From assembly GCA_046563655.1 (NCBI GenBank), contig CM102287.1:3596001-3660000 (forward strand): DNA of 64,000 nucleotides, given 5' to 3'. Under the pieces are notes generated by a model. It did no database searches. It was not told the origin of the DNA and was given only the letters and a program-made list of their open reading frames with translations. The DNA comes from Yuukianura sp. NJ FZ-2021. Lineage: Eukaryota. Each line of letters opens with the position of its first letter. The first letter of the stretch is position 1. The position numbers and the translations under genes are program-made. Positions 35,044 through 47,709 of the stretch are shown in pieces.

Positions 35044-36408
35044 TTATAATTTGTATGTGATGAACTTCCGTGGTTGGGTACCAAGGAATCGGTTTTTGAG
35101 GGTAAGATTTGGTTTATTGGAGGAATCCGTGTTACTGATATGCTCGACTCCACCAATATAAATTGATTCAGTAATACTGTTCAAATTTTGACGTGGTCTA
35201 CGGGACGAAGGATGTTTATATGGGTGATACCCATGTGATTGCAGAAAAGAGAAGTCCGATAACCTGCCATGAGCCTCTGAGTAGTTAATGGCTGATCGAA
35301 CTTGGTCAGGATTAATAGCAATGGATGAGATGCTATTCGACCATACCCCTCCTTTAATCAAGATACCTGTCTGATGAGTGTTGTGTACTTGATCATGAGC
35401 ATGGGAACACAAAGCATTCCCATCTTCTATAAATTTGCCAAGAGTTGTTGTGGTGCAAATAAAATTGCAAGCATATGTCAAATCGGCAGTTTTGAACGCT
35501 GGATTCGTAATCACCGGAAAGGCATAGGAATGGTCGCCAGTGGAATGTTGCAGTGCTGTGCACCATCCCGTTTCGTCTGTGATAGAGTAGCCTAATTTCC
35601 TACCGTCCATGAAGTTTTTCACCACTGGAAAGTATGCTATCAATTCGTGCCAGTCCTCTAGTTGATGTAATGGAAGCCGGAAGGCAATGTGTTTTCTTAT
35701 CTCAAGATCAGAAAAGTATTCCTTGATGTGATCAAACTGTATCCGATAAAAAGCTTTAAATGCTAAGGACGTGCTCTTTACTGTGTTCATTGATGTTTGT
35801 GTCCATCCGAGCTTGGTGTAAAAATACATGCAATCAAGAAATGGATTATACCAAAAAGTATCGCAGTGCATCGAAGCAAACGAACAACCGCAATTGTTCC
35901 TGAGGTCAAACCAAACCTGGCTAACGTCATCGAATTTTTCTGTATCAATTAATGCTGTAAATGCGATATGAGTCGAAGTGATAAAGATAGCAACAACCAC
36001 GTCCTCCCGGTGTTGCATGCCCACGTATGCTATGTTTTGATTGGCAACAACAGTGAGTTGTTCCTGAAGTGTGGATGACAGAGGACAAATACGGTTGGGT
36101 TGAAACGTGGGTTCAGTTTCGGATTTATAAAAATGATTGCGTAACTGTAAGGATGCCAGTAATTCCGGTAGAGCTATGAGTTGCTGGTGCTGGAAAAACC
36201 AACTGTAGAAATCCTTTTCCATGAATTGTTGAAAGTTCAATTGTGTGTTGAGTTTGAATTGTAGCGGGATGTGTTTATCATAGACGTCGGCTGGTGGCAT
36301 GATCGATGGAAATTTAATTGCCGATTCTCGTATTCTCGTGGTTCCTTCTTGCCACATAGGGCTCCCCCATCCGTCCGATATCTCCACGAGTTCAATGGTT
36401 TCTGCCAT
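35044..36408 (-). CDS. Unknown accessory protein A1 (about 454 aa), paralog of A2
   Basis: Long intact ORF sharing LASLQLRNHF, FWYNPF, SLAFKAFY, TGWCT..Q...GDH.YAFPV and ICTTT with 37167-38498. Confidence 0.85.
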   Translation of the reverse strand: MAETIELVEISDGWGSPMWQEGTTRIRESAIKFPSIMPPADVYDKHIPLQFKLNTQLNFQQFMEKDFYSWFFQHQQLIALPELLASLQLRNHFYKSETEPTFQPNRICPLSSTLQEQLTVVANQNIAYVGMQHREDVVVAIFITSTHIAFTALIDTEKFDDVSQVWFDLRNNCGCSFASMHCDTFWYNPFLDCMYFYTKLGWTQTSMNTVKSTSLAFKAFYRIQFDHIKEYFSDLEIRKHIAFRLPLHQLEDWHELIAYFPVVKNFMDGRKLGYSITDETGWCTALQHSTGDHSYAFPVITNPAFKTADLTYACNFICTTTTLGKFIEDGNALCSHAHDQVHNTHQTGILIKGGVWSNSISSIAINPDQVRSAINYSEAHGRLSDFSFLQSHGYHPYKHPSSRRPRQNLNSITESIYIGGVEHISNTDSSNKPNLTLKNRFLGTQPRKFITYKL

Positions 36409-37166
36409 TCTGGAGGAAGCAAAAACAATCAATAGTCGAAAATCGACAATTCCGATGAAAAAATGTTGAAGTAATGATGGAGAAGGTGAATGACATCAAG
36501 AAGGAACAGAAGGATGTAGGAAGGAGCGGAAGTACTCATGTGCCTGGTGCCAATGCTAACCTTGCTGGTTGTATGTTTGAATTTGTGTCCTACGATTTAT
36601 GGAATAATTTATAAGCCAAAGTGTGTATGGATACTACAAGTGGCATGTCGGGAGTTGCGAAACGAGAATGGAAAATTCCCGCTGTGATTCCGAATTTGTG
36701 ACCAAGAGAAAATGGTGATCACAGAGGAAGAGAGCTGCCGTTCATGTTACGAAAAACATGTCAGTCAAAAACCCAAAAAAAATGAATAAAGCGGAGGTGG
36801 AGTCCCAAAAACAAAACAAAATCGTTCCACATTTCTTGAATAGCAACCTTATGGTATTCAGCACACCGGATGCCTAACGGTGTGAGTAACTTAAAGTACA
36901 TAAGTTTATTCAAAAGGTGAATCTAGTTGTCAGAATTATGATGGCAATTTGAAACGAATTTACTCAACATGTGACGTGATAAGTCATAACAGCTAACGTA
37001 AACTATAAAGAAACAATTGGATGAGAAACGCAAGGTCCAAAAATTATATTCACTATCCGATGACCGAAGGCACAATTTGTCTACTTAAAGTTTTGGGTAT
37101 AGTTACAAAGATATCTACAGTAGAACATAAAAGTGACAAACAACGCTCCAGCGATCGATCGAACCG

Positions 37167-38498
37167 TTACTGAAACAAATAGCGACGTTTAATTATAGAT
37201 TTATGATCTCCGCGCCTTTCGGTGCGGAGATTATGACTGGAACCTTCGAAATACAGTGTTTCAATACGTTCATGTAACCGATGTCTAGGTCGTTTAAATA
37301 ACGGTTGAATAGGAAGTTCCCAGCCGTCCTTAGCTAATTTCGACAATTCCATCACCCCACAAGTATAGTCAGACCAAGATTGAATAGCCTGAAGTTGTTC
37401 ATAATTAATTCGTAGCTGACATATGCGATTAAGTGCACGATTGGGGGTAAATATCCCTATGTGATCTAAATTGTGTACGACTCCATGAGCTTGCGAGCAC
37501 CCTGCCCCGTGTTCCTCAATATATTTGCCAAACCGTGTTGTAGTGCAGATCGGATGACAAGTATAGAAGCGATCAGCTGTGGCGAACATAGGATTTGTTG
37601 GAACAGGAAACGCGTATGTGTGATCCCCTGCATGTCCTTGAAGTGGTGTACACCAACCCGTATAATCATCGAATGCTGTAGGTTTGTTTTTGAGTTGCCT
37701 ATACTCGCGAATAAGTGGATGATAAGCTATAATTTCGTGGCAAAACCTCAATTTTTGAACAGGTAAAATGAATGCAAACTGCTTGGTATGTTCGAGGAGA
37801 TAGAAATATTCATAAATGTCTTTAAATTGTTGAGTGTAGAACGCTTTAAATGCTAAACTGTCCGGCCTAACATTTCGCATATTGAGTTGAAGAGGCTGCC
37901 CTCCCTCCTGTTGGGCATACATGGTATCCGTAAATGGGTTATACCAGAAAAAACGAGTAGGTAGTGAAAGAAAAGAGCATCCAACCTGTGCTTTCAGATC
38001 AATCCAAACCTGGTTAACCCGTTCGGGTAGCGCGATACGTGAGCAGCTAACTCTAGCCATCTGATTGTGTGTAATTACAAGAGCTGATTGGTAACCAGTA
38101 AATTTCTTAAAGCCAATGTATAACAAATCTGGATTGTCGATTAGTGATTGGAGTTGGGAGAGTAGAGTAGGTGGAATGGCAATTAGTCTCCCAAGTTTAA
38201 ATGTAGACTGGTTGAGTTCTTCCATAAAGTGATTACGCAGTTGAAGACTCGCCAAAACTTCTCCAAGAACTAGTACGGTCGAATTATGGAGAAACCATGT
38301 GAAAAATTCCATAAGTTTGAGTGGCTGCAGAGTTATCGTAGAGCTCAACCGGACCGTTGTTGGGCATCGTTGGTCGATAGGACGATATCCGACACGTCCA
38401 GCTCCAACGGCTTCTAAGACATCTGTCACATCCCTTGATCGATCCCATTGGTTATGTGGAATGTCAGACGTCCAAAGAACTGAAAACTGTTCCGCCAT
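37167..38498 (-). CDS. Unknown accessory protein A2 (443 aa), paralog of A1
   Basis: Intact ORF, colinear with A1 along most of its length. Confidence 0.85.
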   Translation of the reverse strand: MAEQFSVLWTSDIPHNQWDRSRDVTDVLEAVGAGRVGYRPIDQRCPTTVRLSSTITLQPLKLMEFFTWFLHNSTVLVLGEVLASLQLRNHFMEELNQSTFKLGRLIAIPPTLLSQLQSLIDNPDLLYIGFKKFTGYQSALVITHNQMARVSCSRIALPERVNQVWIDLKAQVGCSFLSLPTRFFWYNPFTDTMYAQQEGGQPLQLNMRNVRPDSLAFKAFYTQQFKDIYEYFYLLEHTKQFAFILPVQKLRFCHEIIAYHPLIREYRQLKNKPTAFDDYTGWCTPLQGHAGDHTYAFPVPTNPMFATADRFYTCHPICTTTRFGKYIEEHGAGCSQAHGVVHNLDHIGIFTPNRALNRICQLRINYEQLQAIQSWSDYTCGVMELSKLAKDGWELPIQPLFKRPRHRLHERIETLYFEGSSHNLRTERRGDHKSIIKRRYLFQ

Positions 38499-39049
38499 GT
38501 CCTATTTGAATTACGATTGCCGTTAATTAAACTCGGGCTGTGTATTAAGTGATATCGTGAGGAAAGTCGGACTGTAGGTTGTCTAACACATTCAAGATGG
38601 AATGAAGGTTTGTTAGGTAGAGAAGGTGAAATGGATGACTCCATCACACCATTAGGTATTAGCATCTAAAGTTTATGATGACCTAAACCTGAACCGATGG
38701 AAAGAGGTTGTCTCCTGGGCGACATAGGAAAAATGTACCCCAATTGGAGGAAATCACAGATGACTGAAACGAGTCGTGTAAGTAATATTTTCGTGAGATA
38801 AGAGACTCGGCTGGATTCACGAGTGATGACTTTATTCCATGCTATTTAAACCTGAGACGCACTAAATTGTGATGTTGAAGCTTGTCACGTTCATTAGACG
38901 TCTGGTGAACGACATGTGAACTGAGGATGAAAACAATCGTTATCCAATCTAATCTCCTCCAGAATCCTCCGACCAACACATAAAAATCGAATTGGAAACT
39001 GACCAGAAATTATATTAGTTGAGAGCAAAAATAAAATATTGTCGCTGGT

Positions 39050-40220
39050 TGCAACTTGTCACCGAGTAAAAGTGGATAACCGCCATGGCCCGCCGAGTGT
39101 GCGACAGAAAGTTAAGCGACATCCATTATTTATAGAAACCAATTTGAGAAGTATATTTTCCATTACTCCGAACTGTGAGAAACGAAAAACCAGAGACAAG
39201 AGTATCTCCCCCAAAAGAAAGAATATGGCTGCAACAGAGGAGGTTCTGTTTATATTCAGTTCCACCCTAACGTTATAACTTGGTAATTATAAGAAAAATT
39301 GGCCAATATCCCTCCAGATCAGGTAAGGTTCCAAGTGGTGGTTTTGGATATAAGTAGTGAGATAATAATAACAATAGTATTACACAGTATTTGAGGATGG
39401 GTTTGTAAGTGTGATTTGAATAGAGAGAGAGAAAAAAAAACACCAGTGCTGTTTTCCCGCCAAAAAAAAAAATAAAAGTGTCTTGTGTGCTGCTAATAAT
39501 CAGATATGTCAGAGACGCCAAATAGGCGAAACGAGTTGTGTAAAAATTAGAATATCTCGGGAACGCCACCGTACAGATTCTCCAAATTTCAATTGTAGAA
39601 ACCTAACTGGATTGGAAGTACGGTGGTAAAGTGTTTATAATACCTTACTACGATTTGTAGAGTTGTTTACTGAAAAAGTCTGCAGCACCAACGGAATAAG
39701 TACCACAGTTAGTAGTCTGGCCAATATATACAGTCCCCTCCTGTTTGCAATTGGCTGTTTATGAAATAATAATTACCGAAGAAATGTCCACATGAGTACA
39801 ATAACAGTTAAAAAGTGATCAGATCAACGTTTCGTTGTGAATAAAATGTTTTGAGTATAATGTAGAGCTAATATCAACAAAAGAATGAATCGCCCATACT
39901 TGTGGGAATTGAAATTAGAAATGACGGATGTTATTGGATGTGGTATTCGATGTAATATGAGTAACAATTTTCAGATGATGTTCCTTACTATTAATGAGGA
40001 ATATGCTACCGACGCTAACCGCCAAAACTTAAGCACCCGTGAGGGAAGAGTGTGCCTAATAGTCGGAGAAGTGAGATGTGTAAGCTTGATGGCAATATGA
40101 CGTTAAAAGTCGAATATTTCAAAAACTAAGCCGTACAACCGGTTGAAAATTTACCAGAGGCTAGTTAAATATGTAACTGTTGAAGGTATGAAAAAATATT
40201 ACCCTATTTCCACGATAGCC
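39050..40220 (-). pseudogene. Possible decayed F-box/LRR paralog
   Basis: Fragments (TSPTIRHTL; FAYLASLTYLIISSTQDTF) weakly echo the 611-aa protein; 39810-40215 is a diverged copy of 43330-43705. Confidence 0.3.
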
Positions 40221-40828
40221 ATATGTAATCCCGAGCCGAGTGCCGTTGGCTTCGACTCTGTTGATCCCGCGAGAGGTATGGAAAACATAGCCAACTTCTC
40301 GCCCAGTGAAACGGTAGAGCAAAGAATCCTTATACTATTCTATGCAGTCATTGGTGAAAAAGGAGAGAACCGCTGAAGGTTCAATGGAAATTAAAACCAT
40401 CATCCACCTAACCATTTGGTAATCGCTTTTTGTTCGAAGCCGGAGAGTACCACCTCCTCTCCTCCAGTGTAGTAGTACTGATGAAGGACCCTCAAACCAC
40501 GTGAACATGTTTCAAAAGAGAAATTGACACCTTCATGCAAAGTAAAACTTCGAGGCTGTTATGCGATATTAGGCCTGGAGGAGAGAAATGATTTACTTAT
40601 TACTCAAAATGATTTTGTATGTGTTAATGTAGAAAAACATAATTTTTGTAAAACGTCCTGTAATGTGTTTTCGAAATATAACCGTAAGTTTTAGGTGAGG
40701 AATAACCTACAAATATAATTGATGCTAAACTATATTGACATACAAGTCGTGTTATTCTAATACTTAATCATCAACGGGCTATGCAGAAGTACTGGAATGC
40801 ATAACTGGAGAATGCTAATGGATCCTAT

Positions 40829-42664
40829 TTAATCTAAGACACACAATCTTTTATTAGCTATTTCATAAAAATCATAGGAAGTTTGGATAGGACGCTTTAA
40901 TGGTTTAGTTTTAGTCTGTAGCATGGCCAGGCGATAAATGTCCAGAGTACTCAAAGCAGGAGGTAAGTGATTCAATTCTACAGTTGCGAAAGGGAGTTGT
41001 TTCTGGATAGCGCGAGCTGTGCTTAGTGTAAGTTGACCGCAAAAGTTAGTTTTGAAAAAAGAAAGTTTTAATTTTTGGGTGAGGTGGTAAAGTGCGCGAT
41101 CAGAAAATCCATAGCCGGTAAGGGTTAAACTAGTTAGGCTACGACAAGCGACCACCCCCCACATAATGCTGGCGTCAGTTAAGAACTTGGAACCCAAAGT
41201 AAGTTTGGATAACGATTTTAAATGTCCCAGAAATGGGGATGTACGAATAAGATCCGCCGGAAGGGTTGAATAAATTGCGTCAACTTTACGTACATGTGAC
41301 CACCAACCAGTAATAACTCCTGTAATTCCGTCATCCGTAAATTGTCCGTCCATCGCAACAAGTTCGGTTAAAGATGTCAAATTTTCAAAGATGGAGTACA
41401 TTGCTGGATTTGATAAAAACTTAATGTCGAATTTCTTCAATTGAGGGAAAAGAAAACTAATTTTCTCTATAACAGAATAATTGGCTGCGAAATCCGGGTC
41501 AAACTGGTCTATCGTGAAGGAGGATAATGGGGAATACGACATTCCACTTTCCATATCTACATCCTTAAACATGGGTTCTAAGTCTCCAGTTTTAAGGAGG
41601 GTAAGAGTATGGAGTCGCGGTAATTGTAAGACAAAAGTCAGTGATTCCTTAAAGGAAGTGAGGGTTAAAGAGGTCAGGTGTATTAGTTGTGAGAAAACTT
41701 GGAAGCGGGAGCAGGGTGGAAGTGAATAATTCTGGAAGAAATGGTCGGCGAATGTGAAATCGAGTGACAGAATTTTTAGTGTGTTCGTAACTTGTAATAT
41801 AAAGTCTTGCAATTCCCGAGGATGTTGATGCAAACCGATGGTCCATGTGAAGCGTTCAAGCGGGTACCCTTTAGAGGTTAAATCTGCCAGATTTGTCCAT
41901 TGCTCGAGTGGGAAATCCAAATTTTTGAGATGAGGAAGTGAAGGACTGTTTTCACCAGTAAGAATATAAATAAGAGGTTGGAGATTGCATGGCCGTTTGT
42001 TTTCATAGTCCATGGTGTAGTTGATAGATTCGGACGAATTGAGTTGATATGGCGTACACGAGATGGTGTGTAGATTCGGTGTAGCCGCCAGGAGGTACCG
42101 GAAGAAGGCGTCTGTTCGTTGTTGTGATTCGTCGGAGCAATATGAGGTGTAAGCAATGTGTAACCGTAGGGTCTCCAAGTTAGGTAGAAAATTCCGATGA
42201 TACGCCGCATTGGTTTCTGTCCAGTTTGGGGGGTTGGTAAAAGTTGATTCGAGTTGTGCTATATGTAACACAAGTCGTCGCAGATGAGGAGTTGAACGGG
42301 ACAAAAAATGTCGTATCGTAGCCGAAGCGGTCCAGGAAGAGTGCACCAATTCAAGAGAAACGATAGAGTTGCCGTAAATTTCAAAGAAGTACAGTATCAG
42401 TGGATTATTCCTTTTTAAAGATTCGCCCAGTTTGATGTGTACGGGTTGCGTCGGTGAATGTGTCTTCATGAATAAACGAACCGCTTTCGTATTCTTCAAA
42501 AATTGGATGTACTGTCGTTGGTGAAACGTGGAAGTGACTTCCTCATTCCAGACGCCATGCACCAATCGGCAAATTTGGAGCGTAGAAATTGTCAGAAACG
42601 AAAATACGTGTTCCATTACATGAGACTGGAGCAAGGGATGATGCTTACGGCTCGGAACTTCCAT
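40829..42664 (-). CDS. F-box / leucine-rich-repeat protein (611 aa)
   Basis: N-terminal PLLQSHVMEHVFSFL...LQICRLVHGVWN F-box; repeated LxxLxL units; FTDDGITG, LTDASI. Confidence 0.85.
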   Translation of the reverse strand: MEVPSRKHHPLLQSHVMEHVFSFLTISTLQICRLVHGVWNEEVTSTFHQRQYIQFLKNTKAVRLFMKTHSPTQPVHIKLGESLKRNNPLILYFFEIYGNSIVSLELVHSSWTASATIRHFLSRSTPHLRRLVLHIAQLESTFTNPPNWTETNAAYHRNFLPNLETLRLHIAYTSYCSDESQQRTDAFFRYLLAATPNLHTISCTPYQLNSSESINYTMDYENKRPCNLQPLIYILTGENSPSLPHLKNLDFPLEQWTNLADLTSKGYPLERFTWTIGLHQHPRELQDFILQVTNTLKILSLDFTFADHFFQNYSLPPCSRFQVFSQLIHLTSLTLTSFKESLTFVLQLPRLHTLTLLKTGDLEPMFKDVDMESGMSYSPLSSFTIDQFDPDFAANYSVIEKISFLFPQLKKFDIKFLSNPAMYSIFENLTSLTELVAMDGQFTDDGITGVITGWWSHVRKVDAIYSTLPADLIRTSPFLGHLKSLSKLTLGSKFLTDASIMWGVVACRSLTSLTLTGYGFSDRALYHLTQKLKLSFFKTNFCGQLTLSTARAIQKQLPFATVELNHLPPALSTLDIYRLAMLQTKTKPLKRPIQTSYDFYEIANKRLCVLD

Positions 42665-43908
42665 ATTGATTTCACTGAAAAGGAGAGAGGAACCTAGTTC
42701 TTACTTGTTCTGTTTGGAAGTAGTGACAGTTGAAGAATCATGAAAGGAATCCCCAATGGCTTTGCTGAAAGTTTCCTTTCCGTAAAGTGGGAAATGAAGA
42801 TGGCAGTAGGTTTCAAGAATTCAGACTCGACAGAGGAAGGTTAAATAGTGACTTTGAAGTTAAAGTAAGTCGTATAATGCGGAAAAATAAAAAGTCGAGG
42901 ATAGGACTAAAGATGACGCTGTGCTGTGACAGATATGTCCAAGAAATAAAATGACGGCAGTTACTTGGATGAATTTTGATCGCAGTTTCCATATCAGATT
43001 AACCAAGGTTCAAGTTGGGAGAAAATAGAACTACGGTTGTTGATATAAGGATAATGATTGGGCAAGTCAAATCAGCGTGTCGTAAGAAATGATTTCCGAA
43101 AAAATTGGATAGTGAAGAGTTTCGATCATGCTGCCGTGATATTTCGGCCTGTTCTCATGAAGCGTCTGTGACTCGATGTCGCTTTGAGAATATACAAAAT
43201 CGGCCCGTGTGACCTATAAAGTATCTCCCCAGTGTGTAGTTCGTTGTTGTAGAAAGGATTTGTATGTAAATGTGAAGACGACAACCTAATTAACTATAGG
43301 AACCGCATCGCCCTAATGACACTAACAGTGAAAAAGTGATCAGGTCGGAACTGCGTTGTTGCAAAAATATTTTGAGTATAACGCAAGCAAAACACACGAA
43401 CATTGCAGACGCCTTCAGGGAATATATAATGTACTAAGATGTGAGGAGATAAATCAGTGCTAAATGAAGTTGGCTATTGTGAATGGATAAAATGCACTGA
43501 AATTAGCTGCCAAAATACTTATGCTGAAGTGTTAGGGTAGTCTGCCTAATGGTCAGATAAGTTCGGTTTCCGCCACTGGTGAATAGATTGTGTTAAAACT
43601 CAAATAACTCCAAAACTAAGCCGTACAGCTTGCTGTAATTTTACCCAAAGTTAGTTGAAAGTATAATAGTTAAGTTCATGAAAAAATATTGATACATTTC
43701 CGTGACCCCATACGTCATATGGACGTTCTGGTGATACGGCCCGAAGCTGAGAGGAGAGTGGTCCGTGATTCTGTGGTTTAGGTAGTCTTAAGGGACGCTG
43801 TCGTGCCGACGCAACAAAGGGAGGAAGACTGATTTTAATTGTGCTTGTGCGTTTGTGTATTTGAGTATAATTCTAGGGATAAATTCGTGTTAATAATTAT
43901 TTGGAAAT

Positions 43909-44781
43909 ATGACTGCTCGAAAGTCTTTTGTCGTAAGTTAAACATAATTCTATAAGGAATCTATAAGAATGATGGTGGATGATAATTGTATATGGTGTTA
44001 TGTAATAGGAACATGAATTGGGGTTCACTTACAAGCGAGAGGATCGTTTAGCAAAGCAACGCTTAACTGAATTATCGCAATCGGGATTTGTGGCTACAAA
44101 TGGGCTACACTACCGTGGTCAGATAATTAACTGGGGTCGTGCTGATGCTATTGATGCTACCTATTGCTACTTTGATCCTGATATCCATAGTCTTGGGCTA
44201 AAGGCACGACGTGAACTAGAAGAAGGGGAATTCCTATTTTTGTATGCTGGCGAGGTCATTGATTATGACCGAAAATCAAACTTGAGTCCTGGTCAGCTGG
44301 ATAGTCAATTTTCGAGCTAATTTTAGTGAATGCTGTTTATAATATGTACTTTGTGTTAATAGAGCAGTCGAGTTACGTGATGTCATTGGACAACCGAGTT
44401 CAAGAAGACCGAGACCGACTCTTTGTCGACGCCACCCATACTGGCAACATGTCTCGTTTCCTTAATCACTCATGTCATCCCGCCCATCAGAATGTAATTT
44501 TTATTAAGGGTACTAGAATGGGGAGATGTGTCGTCAAAGTAGAAACTACTAAGGACATAGCGAAAGGAGACACGCTGTTGGTCGCCTACTCCAGTCCGGA
44601 GGACTTGATGGCGGAGCGGTATAAGGGGATTATAAAATGTCGGTGTAGTGGGGTCATACATCATCTTGTTGGTGTAACGGCCTGTAATGATGTACGAGTC
44701 GTAAAGAGGGACGCTAAAGGTCGAATTTCTAACAAAACGCAGCGAGGCCCTAATGGTCAATTCATCCCTAATAAAAAGTGA
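43909..44781 (+). CDS. SET-domain lysine methyltransferase (241 aa; exons 43909-43932, 44009-44291, 44363-44781)
   Basis: GLKARRELEEGEFLFLYAGEVI, VDATHTGNMSRFLNHSCHP, DIAKGDTLLVAY, post-SET-like CRC...C; two phase-compatible GT-AG introns. Confidence 0.85.
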
Positions 44782-47709
44782 ATAATCGTAGTGATAACTA
44801 GCGACTGGGTTTAGCTATTGTAACTTAGTTGTAATTAGGTTATAAGAGTTAAGTTTGCATAAGGTGCAATATTGTAACCCCGTGTAGGGAAAATGCTAAC
44901 TATGTCAATGTAAAATGTAGTAATGTACAACTTGTTAACTGACTTTGTATTCTAAAAGGATGACTGACAATGACTAAAAAAAAAAAAACTGCATAAAATA
45001 TGTGTTCATAAGTGAAAGAAAATGAGAACTAGGGTATGAAGGTGTCAACCTTTAATAAATGTTAAGACGTTGCCGGAGGATCGGTTTTTGTGAGGCTAAG
45101 GGTCTAATGATGGATGAGGCTTGTTAAATATCCGGTAATGCTAATTCTTATTAGTAGTATAGTCCTCAACTTGTGAGTAGGAATATGAGGGGTTAAAAAT
45201 ATTGTAAAAGTAAAATTAAAAATAAACTTGTAATTCCCGCGTGTTCAGAGGAAGGTTACAAATGCTTGATAACTTCGTATGTATGTGTTGTAATTCGATG
45301 TGTTATATAGAGCGAGGTGCTGTCTGGTTGTTTTAATTTTCATTGTGTGTATTTCTATTATAACCTAAAAAAAAACTGAATTGAGTTGGAGAGAGTTAAG
45401 AGGGTATGAACTGTTACAATCACTTTTGACTGTATTAGAAAATAAAAGATGGAGGAAACTAAAATTGTTTTGGTGAAGATAGTGACATCGTACGTTATTC
45501 TATAAATTCGCCGTCATGAGTGACCTAGTTGCTAACCTAACCGATGCTAGCCGACCTTTTAATCCTATCCCACCGTACTTTCTAATCTGGTAAAGTTTCA
45601 GTGAATTTGTCAATCGTGAGAAAAGATGTTGTTGAATAAAAAATGGTGTAAGGTAGGAAGGCAATCAATTTATAATGACAGATTTTTAGAAGAAATCGTT
45701 TCCATAATAAAAGAGAAAAACCAATAAAGAGAAAAATGTAGGGATACAAGTGTATAAGGAAGGAACAGACTCAAGGATGAAACAATAAGAGTAGTTCTGT
45801 ACCGTGTTGGTATTTAACCAAAAGAGTTCGTAGTTGGCTGGAGAGTTATTGCGAATGGCGGTGTCCTAGGCCGTATTGGGATCTTCGGCTTTTCTGGTAG
45901 TAATGCTGATGCGTGTCTGGGTGTTGTGCTAAGTTGTAATTCTGATTTGTTTATGCGTTGGGGAAGGGAGATTGGGCATAGTTTTAATCGACTTCGAATG
46001 TATGTCAAAAGGTGCGTAAAAAAAAATACGAAAATGGTCGTGTGTTACATTAAAGGAAGGGAACAAATCTTACAGCCCCATTCTCCTTGTCCGCGTGACC
46101 TCGGAATTGAAGGAGAAACTGACCACCCTGTGGATCCCTATTAGCATTACTTCTTGTGATTGATGTGACCCACTTGGTGCGAAATTCTGCGTGTAGTGAT
46201 AAGAGTGTGGGCAAAAACCTGTTTCTTAAACAATGAGAGGGGGTGGGGGGGGGGTGAATGGGAACGAAAATCTCGTTCTGCGTGTAACCTCCAAGGCTTG
46301 GTGGGGAGATTTTATAGAAAGGGGAAGACCATTTTGAGTTGGCCAATTGTATTTGCAATTGTTTAAATTTGAATGGTAATGTTTGGATTTTTTATTTTTG
46401 CAAACAGCTAAAATGAAATTGGAAACTGAAAATGATTAAATAGCTTTTGTCTTGTGTTGGGATGGAAGGTTGGTTTGAAATGATTCGTGTTAGAACAAGA
46501 TGACCCACCCGAAAATGAAAGTTACCAATTTCCTTCATGTCCCAGAATTTACTAATGACCTCGATCGTCGCAGCTTAGCAACAAAACTTTCGCCTTGGGA
46601 TTGGTAGGAAATGAGAAACTGGTTATTGTAAAAAGGAGTGCGTGAGAAGGGAGGTGCAAAAAAAAATGAAAATGCAAAGCGCGTGGAGTGCCTCAGCCTA
46701 CTCTTTGGCCCACTCCAAGTCATTGTTGTGTCCTGTTGTTCCTTATTGCGAAAATTTCACTTTTCAGCTTTATGTTTGTTGAAGGACGGTGAGTTTTTTA
46801 TTGCGAAACTCGTTGAGGGTTAGTGGTACCTTGGGTTCTCGTTTCCATTGAACTCATGAAAGTATAAAAGCTACCTAAGGAAGATCACTTTCGCTGTTAC
46901 TGCTCTTGTCGCAAAGAATCAAACCAAGCAGGATTTAGTATTTGTACTAGATTCCAATTCCAAATCCAGCTCACACGCAGCGTTGCTAGACACTAGGAGT
47001 TGCCGACTCCCGAATTTTTACATTGTAAGATTAGTGGAGCGAAAATTGCCCCCACGGGTGAAACTTTAAGGAAGGAACGGTAATGTATATTGTATAGCTT
47101 GTCAAATTCATGTAAAGCATCATATTTAGCGTAAATTTGTTCTCGAGTGATAATTTAAAATAGGTCATGCACATAAAAAAAAACGAAAACAGGAAAGAAA
47201 AAGGTTAAGTTTAATGTCATGTAAATTTCTAGGTGTTGTCTGAGAATTGCTTGGCTGCGTTGCTGTGGTGCGTTATTGTGACCGGGGAATTCGTGTTGTT
47301 CCAATTGAAATTCCGCCATAATTGTCAAGGTAATTGGAATTTGGATATATCAACTAATTAAAATTAATTAATGACATCATAATAAAAAAAATATAAGTTC
47401 GTGCGAATGACGCCTATAGTCCGTTAGGAGTAGTAACTTGAAGTTAGAGTAATTGCGTCTGTTAATGATTGTGGTGGTTTGAAATTTGGGAGTTCGAATA
47501 ATCATTGAGACTCTAATTTATACATCTAACTTCCTCATTGCGCTTTTTGTGGAATTCTGTATAGGATGGCAAGCTAAAAACTTAAATGGGAAATCGCAAT
47601 TGGTCGCTTTCATAGTGTGGTTGGAAAATAGGGGTTGGTTGTGTTTAGTTTTTATCCAACGAGGTGGAGAACGAGTTTCATCTGCTTAAAATTTTGATAA
47701 TCCTAGAAT

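Noticed and set aside
44800..47600. Further cargo genes in this interval
   Set aside because: Only short ORFs without recognisable motifs; I could not build a consistent splice model
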